The notes beneath the pieces were generated by a model. It was given only the letters and a program-made list of their open reading frames with translations, had not been told where the DNA came from and searched no databases. From NCBI RefSeq assembly GCF_032062105.1, contig NW_026934231.1:558001-622000 (forward strand): 64,000 bases of DNA. The letters are read 5' to 3'. The stretch comes from Saccostrea cucullata (lineage: Eukaryota). Positions 1 through 12,108 of the stretch are shown here, piece after piece. How positions within the stretch are numbered: the stretch's first letter is position 1; each line of letters begins with the position of its first letter. The position numbers and the translations under genes were made by a program.

Positions 1-691
1 GACACATACGTGTATCAGAGATATGAAGTTTAAAAAAAAAATTATTTTTTAAATTATGCAGTGATTTCTTCCTTCATGCGTAATTATTCTTCAAATTTAT
101 TATTATCCATCTTTGATGAATTTTTACAACCATGTTGATAGTACCAAGACCACAATCTAGCACTAACCTACATGTATGAATGAAAACTGTATTTGTCACT
201 ATTCGCAGTAGCATACAACTGAATAAAACAACTGAATAATGTTTAGGTTAAATGTCATATACATGATATTTTGAAAATGCATATTTTGTTACAGACCATG
301 CAAGTGTTAAGTTTTACAGAAAACCATTATTGATCTCAAATACTTAAATCTGACACTTAATAATGATTTGCATCACAAAATTGGAAGCAAGCACTATTTA
401 AAATCAGTAAGTTTCTAAAAGTGGGGATGTACAGTTTCAAACTTTAAGCGACACATAAAACTTTAGTAATGACACTTTTTAAAAAAATCAATTTAAACAA
501 TTTGAAAGTGTCAAGAATTTAGCACTATTCTGAACAAGACCAAACTTTGAAGATCATTAAATACTTGAATGTCTTAAACGGTTTGCTGTTTAAAGAAGAC
601 AATTTGCAAATGGGCGACTCCTCAGCCACCTTGCATCTTGAAAACTTAGCAGTGTAAAGGAATAAAAAGATACAAGCAACAATATTCTTAA

Positions 692-1240
692 CCTAATGCA
701 AAACAAATGATATGTACATTTATTTCCCACTCTTACCAAATAATGTCAACTGACAAAAATTTCCCCCTCTATTCCATAAGTCAAAAAATAACGGACTCAA
801 CCAAAATGAATCTACCAACTAAATCCTCTTCATTACCAGAAAATTTGTTATCTGATGCAAACAAGTGATATGTACATGTACTTCCCACTCTTACCAAATA
901 ATGTCTACTGACAAAAATTTCCCCCTTTATTCCACAAGTCAAAAAATAACAGACTCAACCAAAATAAATCTACGAAACTGAAATCAGACCAAAACTGTAG
1001 GAGGAGTAGCATTTTGAAAGAATTTCACAGAAATTTCTATTTTTAGTAACCACGGCAACACCGTTAATCAAAATCAAAAACCGATAAACAGAATTATGTA
1101 TCTTAGTGTAGTCTACTTGTGTGCCAAGTTATATACTGAAGGAGAATCTACCAACTAAATCCTCTTCATTCAGAAAATTTGTTATCTGAGCAAACAAGTG
1201 AATACATGTACCAGACAAAAATCTCTTCATTACAAGAAAA
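692..1240. repeat. Local tandem duplication of about 160 bp with partial further copies
   Basis: atgcaaa(a)caa...cccactcttaccaaataatgtc...aaaaatttcccc...ctcaaccaaaa occurs at about 696 and 855; gaatctaccaactaaatcctcttcatt at about 808 and 1144. Confidence 0.75.
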
Positions 1241-1454
1241 TTTGTTGATCATTTCGCCAGATTGTATCTATACAAGACCTAAGCCACACATTTACAATAC
1301 CAGATTCATAAACATTGAAGATGTCTTTGAGACAAAGTGTTTAACACCAAAACATGAAAATTCTTATTCTGAACACAATAAGTCCTATTAACTTGTTGAT
1401 TTACTGTTTGCATAAATGAAAGACATGGTTTCCTGATGAGTTGCGACTCTGGTA

Positions 1455-4400
1455 TCATAAAGCTTTTTTCTTCTTTTCTTCGGCTAACTTCCTTGCTTGT
1501 TGTAGAAGTGAATCAAAGTCCAAAGGATCACTCTTCCTAACAAGGGGGTAGTACTCTTCAATCACCTCATTTTTCCCATCTGTAATTAAAACACATTTTT
1601 TATTCAATGACTTACATCTGAGCAAACGTCTTTTCTTGAGGAATCATTATCGATGTATTTCAATGAAGTTTGATTTTCCTAGATTTTGAGGGTACCTCTT
1701 AATCATGAATTTACAACCTCAAAAAATATTCCTCAGGAGATGATTAGAAAAGAAAATAAAAATTCCCTATATTCACGGTGTTAACAAATCCAATTGTACA
1801 TTCAGTACCTAAATCAGCATATTCCACTTCACAAAATTTTGCCACCAAAACAAAGGTAATCTCCATGTTTTATTTGGAAAATTGAGCAAAAATAACAAAT
1901 TAATTGGTTTCTTTTGCATTAGACCTTTTTTATATAGGTGATTTTCGTGCAGTCCATGGTCATTTCAGTAATTGCAAAGCCATAGTTACTGGCATTCAAT
2001 TAATTTTAAATTATCACGCTTTCTTTAATTCAAATCACATGTAATCAATAATTTTTGTGTTTGTTCACAAAAGCTATTTTAATAGCCAACGCTACAAATG
2101 TTTCATCAATCAAAACAACGTGGGCTCTCTGGGTTTTGAAAATTATTCCCACATATCGTAAATAATGTTACCACGTGTATTTGTATATCCTGCATTATCA
2201 TGCATGTTAGTTCATGTAGTTTTATCGTACATTTTGGTGTGTTAAAAAATCATTCAAATAAATACCAAATTTTACACAAAGCATCTATGGGTGAAGTGTG
2301 GAACAAAAATTGTGAATTTCATGGTCCCTTGGGATTGGGGTGGGGCCAAAACCACTAAAATTAGTGCAATAAAAAGTTTTATTTCCTGGACATCAAGCAG
2401 TCAAACTGTTATTCGCTGCGTTGTACCAAAATTGTGAAGATATCGGGTACACAGGGTGGCACTCATCGATTATATAGCATATTGGAAAGTCATTGAATTA
2501 ACTAAGTATATAGTTTAGAGACTATTAATAGCTGCAATTGTGTTAATTAATTATTATATAAAATTTAACAATTTTTTAAAAACTTACTCTCTGCTTGGGT
2601 ATTAAATAAACTAATAAAGACATAATTACGATGAGAAAGAATTGTAAAATGTCGTTTACATGTAGCTATGGTATGGATTAAATAGAGAAAATGCAAATTT
2701 GTTTGAAGTAACTTTTATTCAAAGAATTAACCAAGTATATAGTTATGATGAGCAAGAATGCCTCTTCCTAAATTGTGAATTTTATGGCCCCAGGGTCAGG
2801 GGTTCTGGTGTTAGGGTGGGGCTCTATTGATTATATAGAGAAAATGCAGAAATTGTTTGAAAATCTTCTTCTCTGCTGCTTGGTATTCAACAAATTAACT
2901 AAGTATATAGTTATGATGAGCAAGAATGCTTCTTCCAAAATTGTGAATGAATTTACAACCTTGATTATATAGTGAAAGTACATTAATTCTTTGAAAATTT
3001 TCTTCTCTACTCCTGAGTATTAAATAAATTAACAAAAGATATAGTTATGATGAGGAAGAATGACTCTTCCAAAATTGTGAATTTTTATGGCCCCAGGGTC
3101 AGGGGTTCTGGTGTTAGGGTTTCACTGATCATATAGTGAAAGTACATTAATTGTTGAAAACTTTCTACTCCTGGGTATTAAATAAATTAACAAAGCATAG
3201 TTATGATGAGGAAGAACTTCACAAAATTGTGAATTTTTATGGCCCCAAAACAAAGGTCAAATGTTAGGGTGCTCTATTGATTATATAGAGAAAATACATT
3301 ATTTCTTTTAAAATCTTCTTCTCTGTTCCTGGGTATTAAATAAACTCAAAAATACATAGTCATGATAGAATGCCTTTTGAATTTTATGGCCCCAGGGTCA
3401 GCCACCTTTTTAGGGCAGGGTTCTATTGGTTATATAGAGAAAATGCAAAAATTGTTTGAAAATCTTTTTCTCTGCTCCTGGGGATTAAGCAGATGAACTA
3501 CCTATATAGCTATGATGAGCAAGGGCCATTCTTCCTGAATTGTGAATTTCCACACCCATTTAAATGTAAATGTTTTTTATATACTGAAAATGAATTAAAT
3601 TGAAACCTTCTACTTTGTATTAATCAAATATTTTTGATAATCAGGGTGCCTTTTCCAAAATTTGAAATGTGTGGACCAAGGGTATGGTAGTGGCACCATA
3701 TTGATTATTCTTATATTTTTTAGTCGAAACAATTTCCACAAAGTGGTTAAGTAACCAAACAAACATGCTAAGTGTATACTTATGATGTCTTTTTCAAAAT
3801 TGTGAATGTCATGGTGTCTAGTTTAAAACATGAACCAATGTCAATCATTGTAAAGTTGTTGCATGATGCTCAGGTGACCTATAAGGCCCATGGGCCTCTT
3901 GTTTCAAAAAGTTGCAGATCCAGAGCTCCATATTTGAGCTTTCTCTAAATCAACACTGATTTGCTAATTTTCCTGAATGTTGATCATGAAAATGCATGAT
4001 ATCAATAAATTGACAAATATTGTGGTTCTCCATCAAATGAACAGTGAGTATCAGCTAGGAACGAAAGACATTTGTAAAGTCTTCATATGAATCTGCTGAA
4101 CTATGATCTCATCACATACATCACTGCTTCATATGGAAACAACTTGAGCAAAATCAGTAAAACCTAAAATTGACTCACCCACACTCCCTGAAATGGACAC
4201 TAACTTCTTCTATTTCTCCAAAACACTCAAATCTTTTCCTCAGCTGTCTTTTAGAGTAGTTGTTTGGAATTTTCCCCACATAAATGATTCTTCTGTCTTT
4301 CTGCATAGAAAACATAATCATTTGAGTGAGTTTTGAGAACTTAACAAACTTCTCATTGTCACTTAATTTCTCAAGCAATATATCATTAAGATTTTCAACA

Positions 4401-7400
4401 AATAAATAAAAGAAATTTATGAGGGTTCAGTCTATGCGAAAGTCACCGGACCGTCGGTTTTTACCGGTAAAATTTAGGTCGGGTAGGTAAAAAATTTCAG
4501 TATACAGGACCAAATGTCCGATAAAAATTAAGGCCAAATAAATCTAAATTAAGAGGTACACATGGTCAAATTCCCCACAAATATCCTTTATTTGACCAAT
4601 TTAGAAGTAATACCTGATTAATTTTTATGTATTACAACCCTGTCATGATTGTTTTTATTCTAATTTGAATTTCCTCTGTCAATGACTAAGATTTATAGCT
4701 CATACAGTCATACGTAGATTCGGTTGGGAAATTATTTTAAATGATCATTGAACTTGAGTAACCATAATGAATATAAATATACACTGAAAGTGCATATTAA
4801 ATTTTATAAAGAAAATCTTTGATACAGTGTATGTTGTATAAGTCAAATATGAAAAAAAATGCATGCAATTGTATTAATAGATACCTTTTACAAAGAAAAA
4901 TTATAAATAGTTAACTTGTCTATTTCACTCTGAATTTATTTATGCTTAAATTTCACAGTGAGAATTAACCCCATCCCACCCACCCTCTCAATCTCAGTAT
5001 CATAATGATGTATGGATTTAAAGGAAAAAAATGTTGGTCTGGTAAGAAATTGTTTGGTCTGGTAAAATTTTTATTTTTACCAGACATTTTGTCCTGTAAA
5101 AATTTTTAACTTTCGCATAGACTGAGGGTTATAGTTAAAAAAACAGCTACTATAAAATTTATTATATTAATATAAAGAAATCTTGAATTCTTTAAGTTCT
5201 TTTTTAAAATAGATTTTCTAATTTTATTATTTTTTCCGTCTCACCATTTTTTGTGCCCTCTCTTCCTCTCTACGTTTCTGGCGTTCTGCCAGACGTCTCT
5301 CATGTGACAAGCTTCGACTTCTACTTCTGTATTCTCTATGTCTACTGTAGCTTCTACTCCGACTTCTAGACCTGTCATATATAATAAAAAAAAATTTAAA
5401 TGTAACAAAAATCAAACAGTCTCACCTTTTTTTCTGATATTTCAAGAAAATTATTCCTATACACTGTATATTTTTTCCTCTTTCAAAGTAATGGTGATTC
5501 TTATGAAATAATGTAACTCTGAAAACTTTAAAATGTCCCAATTTCCATTAATTAACCCTAAAATTAAACTCACCTGCTGGAAACAGATGAAGACCTAGAT
5601 CTTGAGCTGTATGACCTTGATCTTGACCGGGAATATGACCGAGATCTTGAACGAGATGACCTACAATGGGTAAAAATACATATATTATTTATTTTCATTG
5701 AGTTTAGTTCTTTTGTAATCTTAATGAGCAGTGAGTATCAGCTAGGAACGAAAGACATTTGTAAAGTCTTCACATGAATCTGATGAACTATGATCTCATC
5801 ACATACTCCACTGTCAGTATCAGGTTAATTGAAAGTCCAAAAATTAAATTACCCAGTACTCCTTTTTATGTCAAATTAAGTCGGAAATAAAAAAGTTAAT
5901 AAAGGCGTCAACTGTACCTTGAGTATGAAGATCCATATGACCTGGATCGAGATCTGGATACAATGGAATCATAAGTACCACTTCTCCTCCTCCTTCTTCC
6001 TCTCCTGTCACGATCCCTTGACCTTGACCTACTTGAATTTCTACTGGCTGACCTTGAACTTGATCTATGGTTCATAAAGGGAGACCGGCTTCTACTTGAG
6101 TATCCACTGCTTGACTTGCTCTCCAAGGAGACATCGTTGTTGTCATACTTAGTACTATTTGTGAAACAGCTATGATAAGCTGGTAGTCTACTGTAAACTG
6201 AGCTGTCTCCCTGAGGCATGGGATTTGGCTCAAAGAAGTCCTGAATAGTAATGCCCCCTCCATTGCTATCTTCTTTTGGAGCGATATTTTCCTTTTTAGA
6301 TTTGGACTGTTTGACGCCATTCAGTGACAAGGCTGTGTAGTAGGACGGAATTTTATCAAAGAATTTATCATCTTCCTTACCAACTGGACTCTCGTCTCTC
6401 TTTCTATAGTTCCTGCCACTAAACTTCTGTCCTTTCTGTTGTGAATCACTTGGTTTATTTGAGACATTATCCTTAGCAAGGGCAAGATTTTGTCTATTTT
6501 TGAAACCATCTGATGTGGAATTTGTCAAGTTTTTATCTTTTTCGTTCTCCACATCATCAAATTCGTCTATGATCTCTCCATCTTCCAAGTCCAGAACATC
6601 ACCTGGATGACAATTTAAGTTTGACTGCGTTTTGTTTCTCTCTAATCTGGGGACATTCTGACAGTAGTCATGATCCAAGATGTCTCTGTAGTAATTTTTA
6701 TTCACTGAAGTTTTCTCTTCTGCCAGAATGTCAGAGGCAGTACATACTGGCTGTTTCTTTGGGGAATACTTTTCCATGGACTCCAGTATAGATTGACTCA
6801 CTTCTGCGGACGACTTCTGTAGTATTCGTTGCAGTCTGGGAGTGGTACTGGTAGGCTTTAATGCAATAGCCTGGCCACGCCCCCTTTTTGACGGCATCCC
6901 CATTGGCAAAAGAATTACCGACTTCCTTTTATTTAAAGCTTTGATCTTGTGCAGCGCATCTTTGCTATTACATTTCTCTGGGATTATTGACACTGCTAAT
7001 TTTTCAATGGTTTTTGTTTCACTACAAATACAAATTTTTTCCTTTAAATCAAATGCATGAATGTCAATTTAATGAAATCGTTAAACTTGTTTACTCAAGG
7101 CCCATGGGCCACAATGCTCACCTTTTGCCTGCTGTTTTGGGGTGAAATTTTAAACTTAGCTATAACTGGCTTTATAATTATTGACCTTGAATGCAGTATT
7201 TGAATGCTTCAATATTGCTAGGACTATGTTAAAATTAATAATTCTTAAAAGAATTTTAACTTACTTGCTCATTTTGAGATCTTCAAATCCAGATAAAGAA
7301 TTTGATGCTGAAATGAGGATAAAACATACATAAAAGTTGAACAAACTGGAGAAGATGTGAATAATGGGAAAATAGATTTATAAAATGGTATGGTTAAAAC

Positions 7401-7699
7401 CTTCTTCAAACTGTTCTAGTAGGCTTCCCACATCAGCAGCTTCTATACCAACTGAATCATTATCTAAAAGAGATAATTAAAAATTTATACAAACATGACT
7501 GAGAGACTAAAGAGGAATCAATGCACTATTTTTTTTTTTAAAAAAGGACATCAAGATAAAAATTATCCTCTGTGAACATCCCTATATACTTACAAGGTGT
7601 TAGGTCAGGCATATCAAAATTAAGTGGTAATTCTGCCGGGTTAAACTCCTCAAACTCTGCCAATGACACAACAGAGGTTATGTCTGGATCTCGATCCAT
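1455..7699 (-). CDS. PPRC1: PGC-1 family coactivator (PPRC1/Spargel-like), spliced; two RRM exons look damaged
   Basis: GT-AG exons 7699-7594 (ATG with upstream in-frame TGA), 7463-7401 (GIEAADVGSLLEQFEE, PRC-like), 7307-7265, 7021-5918 (DHDYC HCF-binding motif, RS tract), 5660-5574, 5371-5245 (RS), 4300-4179 (RRM start, RRIIYVGKI...FGEIEEV), degraded exons near 1990-1925 (NYGF) and about 1860-1809 (LCFGG..FCEVEYADL), last exon 1579-1455 (LDFDSLLQQA...stop). Confidence 0.9.
2260..3903. mobile_element. Helentron-associated (HINE-like) element with internal satellite-like array of about 165-bp units
   Basis: Repeated units aaattgtgaattttatggccccagggtcaggggttctggtgttaggg...gttatgatgagcaag; end motif caggtgacctataaggcccatgggcctcttgtt resembles oyster Helentron-associated repeats. 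Confidence 0.65.
4042..4126 (-). ncRNA. SNORD80: Box C/D snoRNA, SNORD80 (U80/Z15/snR60)-like, copy A
   Basis: Minus strand: terminal stem, box C GTGATGA, guide CATAGTTCA plus D' CAGA, C' ATGAAGA, guide GTCTTTCGTTCCTA plus box D CTGA. Guides complement 28S TGAACTATG and TAGGGGCGAAAGAC (G-U pairs). Same sense as the host gene. Confidence 0.85.
4428..5124. mobile_element. MITE with CAG termini and 6-bp TSD (hAT6-like)
   Basis: TIR cagtctatgcgaaagt / actttcgcatagactg; TSD agggtt at 4422-4427 and 5125-5130. Confidence 0.8.
5729..5813 (-). ncRNA. SNORD80: Box C/D snoRNA, SNORD80-like, copy B
   Basis: Near-identical to copy A with boxes and both guides conserved and flanks unrelated; ends about 68 nt upstream of the 3' splice site at 5661, a typical position. 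Confidence 0.85.
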
Positions 7700-7992
7700 C
7701 TTGAAGGTGAACTGTTGTCAATTATCTAAAAAGACATGGACAGCATATGAATTTTTCAATAAAAATTATCAAAATGCATTTGACTTAAGTTTCCTATCTC
7801 TGGGGTCACACTTTGGAATGATTTGTTTGATGACTGGTTCAACCTATTCTCATCTGAGATTCAGACAGCTTGGACTAACACTTTCACAGTCAGAATCTCA
7901 TGATAGTGTTTCATAATGTATGTCTGGAAATTAACACTAACTCTTCCTGACAGATTTAGCTATTGATATACACCTTGGGGACACTGCTGATC

Positions 7993-10353
7993 AGGCCAAA
8001 AATAAAGTTAGCTTTGTTTGGCGTTGCCGGCCGACTCAGGTAATTCTCTGTGGTCCGAAGAAATTTTTTCAGCTGATATGGATCGTAATTTTTTTTTCGT
8101 CCTATATATCCGGATTTAGCTGTCTGAACGTTTGAGTATTATAGAAAACAGAAAAGAATCATGTAAACGCTTGATTGATCAAACAGTTTTCATTTAAAAG
8201 CGTCAATGTGATGTTGAATATATGTATCAGAAATCCAACATGGCTGTCGAACGCGGTAAATTTTGTATAAGAGAAGTTGATGGCATGACTCTCCGCAGTA
8301 ATGTGTTTAGTGACAAAATATACTGACAAATCAGTTATACCAGTTTGAATTAGAAATTGCAAGATACAATGTCCTGTCCGATTAGGTAGTTGAATCTAGC
8401 AGCCATGCTTGGATTCAGGCATGTGAAAACTTTATGCCAATTCAAAATCGGCGAATTTTTTTACCATGTATATTAAAAGTTTTAAACTAATCAGTCAAGG
8501 GCATCATGGAAACAAGTTATTTTTGAAATAATTTGTTTCAGTTATTAAATGTCAACATTTTGGGTTATCTTCCCCTGATTATGCTTTTCTTCAGTAACTT
8601 ATTCCTGTTATTGATACTTTACTACTCATTATTGCAAACCTACTGGCATCTGAATAGCTTTATTCATGCTGTGCTTGGGTTATTAAGTACTGGTAGATGG
8701 TTCATGACAGGAAAAGTAATCTATCTTTAACATTTAACACATTGAAGTCCAACAAAGTATAACTTATAAAATTAGTTTTATGAATTCCTTTGAAATTATA
8801 AAATTTTATGGCAAAATGTTGCAAATATACGTCCGACATCGCTTTTTACAAGTTAGTTCGTTCTTCGAAATAGCTTTTTAAAGTTGGGTTTGAGCTCACA
8901 TAAATTTAACAACACAGGTCAATAAAATGCTTTCTTCATAGTATTTATGATATAGATAATGAAAGCCGCCAAAATGTCAGACCAAGTTGGATCAGTGGAT
9001 GTGAAAACATTCAAGCGTTGAAGACCAGAACATTTATGCATTTCATAAAAATAAAAGGTGAATAAAAAATTAAATGGAATCGATACCTGGAAAGAGCTAT
9101 TGTAATAGATTGCCCTTTGAACTTGGTAGGATACGTTCGTCATGTTGAGAAATTAAAAATGATCGTTCCGTTCCCAGATAAAAAATTACATGGGTCAGAA
9201 ATGTTTATTCCCAAATACAAAAGGAAAAATGTTGTCTGTCAGTATAACAAGTCTTTGAAACCTAATGTTAAAACTGATTCATGGCGAAAATTGAACATAC
9301 AAGCAACCTGTTTTTCCAGAAACAAACTATTCTTAAGAAATTTTGTGAAGGGCTAAATTTCAAAGAGAAATGCTATGAAATACACTAATGAAACTGTTTT
9401 AAAAAGATTTGTAAAGAAATTGTTTTAGAAAGATTTTAAAAATAAAGAAAAAACATGAAATTTGACTTTTAATAGATAAGCAAATCGAACATCAAGAAAG
9501 ATTGATACTTGAGTACCATTCTGTGTTATAAATCTGAAGATATACAAATGCAAAAAAGGTACCTTTTTTTAAAAGAAAGGTGTAAATTTCCCAATTTCAA
9601 TAGCAAAATTTTAATTAGAAAATAAAAGTCCATGAAACTTAATCGCAAAAAAAACCCCAAATGAAACAAACTTGCAAATGAAAGTGAAACTGTACTACTA
9701 TTTTAATAGTTTGCTCCAAATGCATTCGTAAACTGGTTCTGGGAACCAGGTTTTTGTTTTTACAAAAATATGTACTAACTGTGAGTGCAGAGTATCTTGT
9801 CATGTAGTTTCGACATAAAACATTTTGGTTTTAAAAATAGACATTTCATTTAAACATTAGTAAGCTGCACCTAGAAACAAATATAATTGTATTGGTAAGC
9901 AAAGTTCCCATGTGATCGAGGAAATTGTTGTGTTATAGCGACTGTCACTCAGAAATGAAGACATATAACCGCAATATCAACACTCAAAAATAGTTATGAC
10001 AAAGCTAATTTACTTTCATAAATAGCCTACGTACCCATGTTTGTTCTATTTACCTAACTGTTTATTCAAAACCAGAGTTAAATTGATGATAAAATGCTAG
10101 AAAAGCAAAATTTGAGGATTTTTAAAAATGAATTTTGGTTATCAACTTTTAAATGACGATAAAATTTTGGCCCCACAAAAAGTGGTGTGAGAGCCCTGGT
10201 GTATATTTTAGACAAAAATGATATTAACCAAATGTGAAACTGTTATATATTTCTATTAATAAGCTTTAATTTGTAAAAAAATAAAAATATAATAAATTTT
10301 TCTCCTGGGTGTGCAGGCAGCAATTCCAAACAAACATTTTTTTAAGGATGGCC
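7993..10353. mobile_element. Possible degenerate DNA transposon with AGGCC termini
   Basis: aggccaaaaataaagttagctttgtttggcgttgc at about 7993 is an imperfect inverse of gcaattccaaacaaacatttttttaaggatggcct ending 10353. Confidence 0.35.
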
Positions 10354-11589
10354 TTATTTCAATTATTTCATCCTTAACCCACCTAACTTTAAAACTCTTG
10401 CACAAAAATCTACAGCTTTGCACAAAAATTGTAAGACATAGAGATTGTACAGTAATATCCAAAGATTTTAGGAAAATTAGTCTCAATGTTGGCACCATGG
10501 TAATTGCTGAAATGTTAATGAAATGGGATTATTTTCCTTGAAAAATATCATGTTATTTTCTTAATATCATCATATCTCCTCTGGAGATATTAAGTTTGTT
10601 TCAGTCTATTAAAAGAAGTACATATATTTACAATTTTGTTAGCCTTAAATCATCTTAAATCAGCAGCAAACTCAAAATATTAATGTTTTTTTGCAAAACT
10701 AATAGGCATTCTACTTTTTAAGCATTAACTCAAATGAGTTACTTCTTTGTTTAGGAATAAATAACATAACAAAAAAGTTATTTTAGAAAAAGACTGCTAT
10801 AGGATTTGAAAATAAATAACAACTTCAAAATAATACAATTTCACCGGAAACCCATCCAAAACTAGAAACAAACTGAAATTGAAAAAAAAATAAGCTTCCA
10901 AACGTATTGTACCAACAATATTTTAATTGTATCAAAAATGTTCTTTCAAAGCTGCGATGCTTCATCTAAAACAGATACAATTTCCAAAATCCAAAACTAA
11001 AAAACTTAAATGAAAGCTTCCTTGCACTAAGACTATATACAAAATTTCTATTAAATACACCTAAAAAAGACAAACTATTGGATTTCTTCAAATGGGGGTA
11101 CATAAATTAGTGCATTCTCTACCAATGAAAATTATATAGATTCCTTGATTTTTAAAAGAATATCATTGATCATTATGCATTAGGCCCATATAAGCTGATA
11201 AGAGTTTAACTTTACGGTTCAATTTATAAGATCATCTTTTGTTTTTATAACTTTCTTATACTTAGGGCCCTAAATCTTAAAACAATGGACGAGGCCACCA
11301 CGTGGACCATGAATAAAACTTCTATTATTCTGCTCATAAACAGACTTAGCATGTTTCCACTTAAAACAATGGGCGAGGCCACCACGTGGACCTCGTGTCA
11401 CGTTGTGTGGGGCATCTTTTTGACATTTTATAAATGAATTATGATTTATCACAGCATTAAATATTAAATATATACCTATAACTACTTCATTTTGGAGTGT
11501 TATATTAGAATGACAAGACAATTAAATAACATCATTTCATATTTCTTTCCACGTGGTTGAATGAAACATACAATGTTCTGAATGGTTAA

Positions 11590-12108
11590 CGTAACTGACG
11601 TCAAATGTACAATTAAACAAATTACCATCAGTAATAATAACTAATTAAAAAGTTACCACATCACGTTATAGATATTTTCTATCTATAATATAGGCCTATG
11701 TCATTATTATTCTTCGACTCTTTTCTTTCACCTACTCACCTACCGTTCACACAAGTTCCCGAGAAAATGACGTCAATGATCTCGTGCAGTCTCGCAAATT
11801 TCGTGATCTCTCCAGTAGCAACATGGGACGCTAATATATATTCATACGCAAAAAAACAATAGTCCTCAAAATATTTGTCACGCGGTATTGACATATTTCA
11901 TAGTGTTATTATAAATATTTGCTAAATTCTTGATACATTTTATACCCTAAAAGTTGAAACAATAAAGATCTTTCATTTATTTCTGTTTCTGTTTTATGCA
12001 GCGTAATAACATCCGTAGGAGTTCCAAGGCACCAAATTTTAGATATCGAGATGGTATTGAGAATTTTTCGAATTTAGTGCCTTTATTTGTGTTTTTAAAT
12101 TATTGACA
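11590..12108. promoter_or_regulatory. Putative bidirectional promoter between PPRC1 (non-coding first exon) and the C6orf163-like gene
   Basis: CpG-richer patch; minus-strand donor G|gtgagta near 11739; two TGACGTCA (CRE) sites at 11596-11603 and 11768-11775; plus-strand ATG at 12109. Confidence 0.5.

Noticed and set aside
7850-7925. C/D snoRNA in the first PPRC1 intron
   Set aside because: Two CTGA boxes on the minus strand, but no good box C, terminal stem or recognisable guide.
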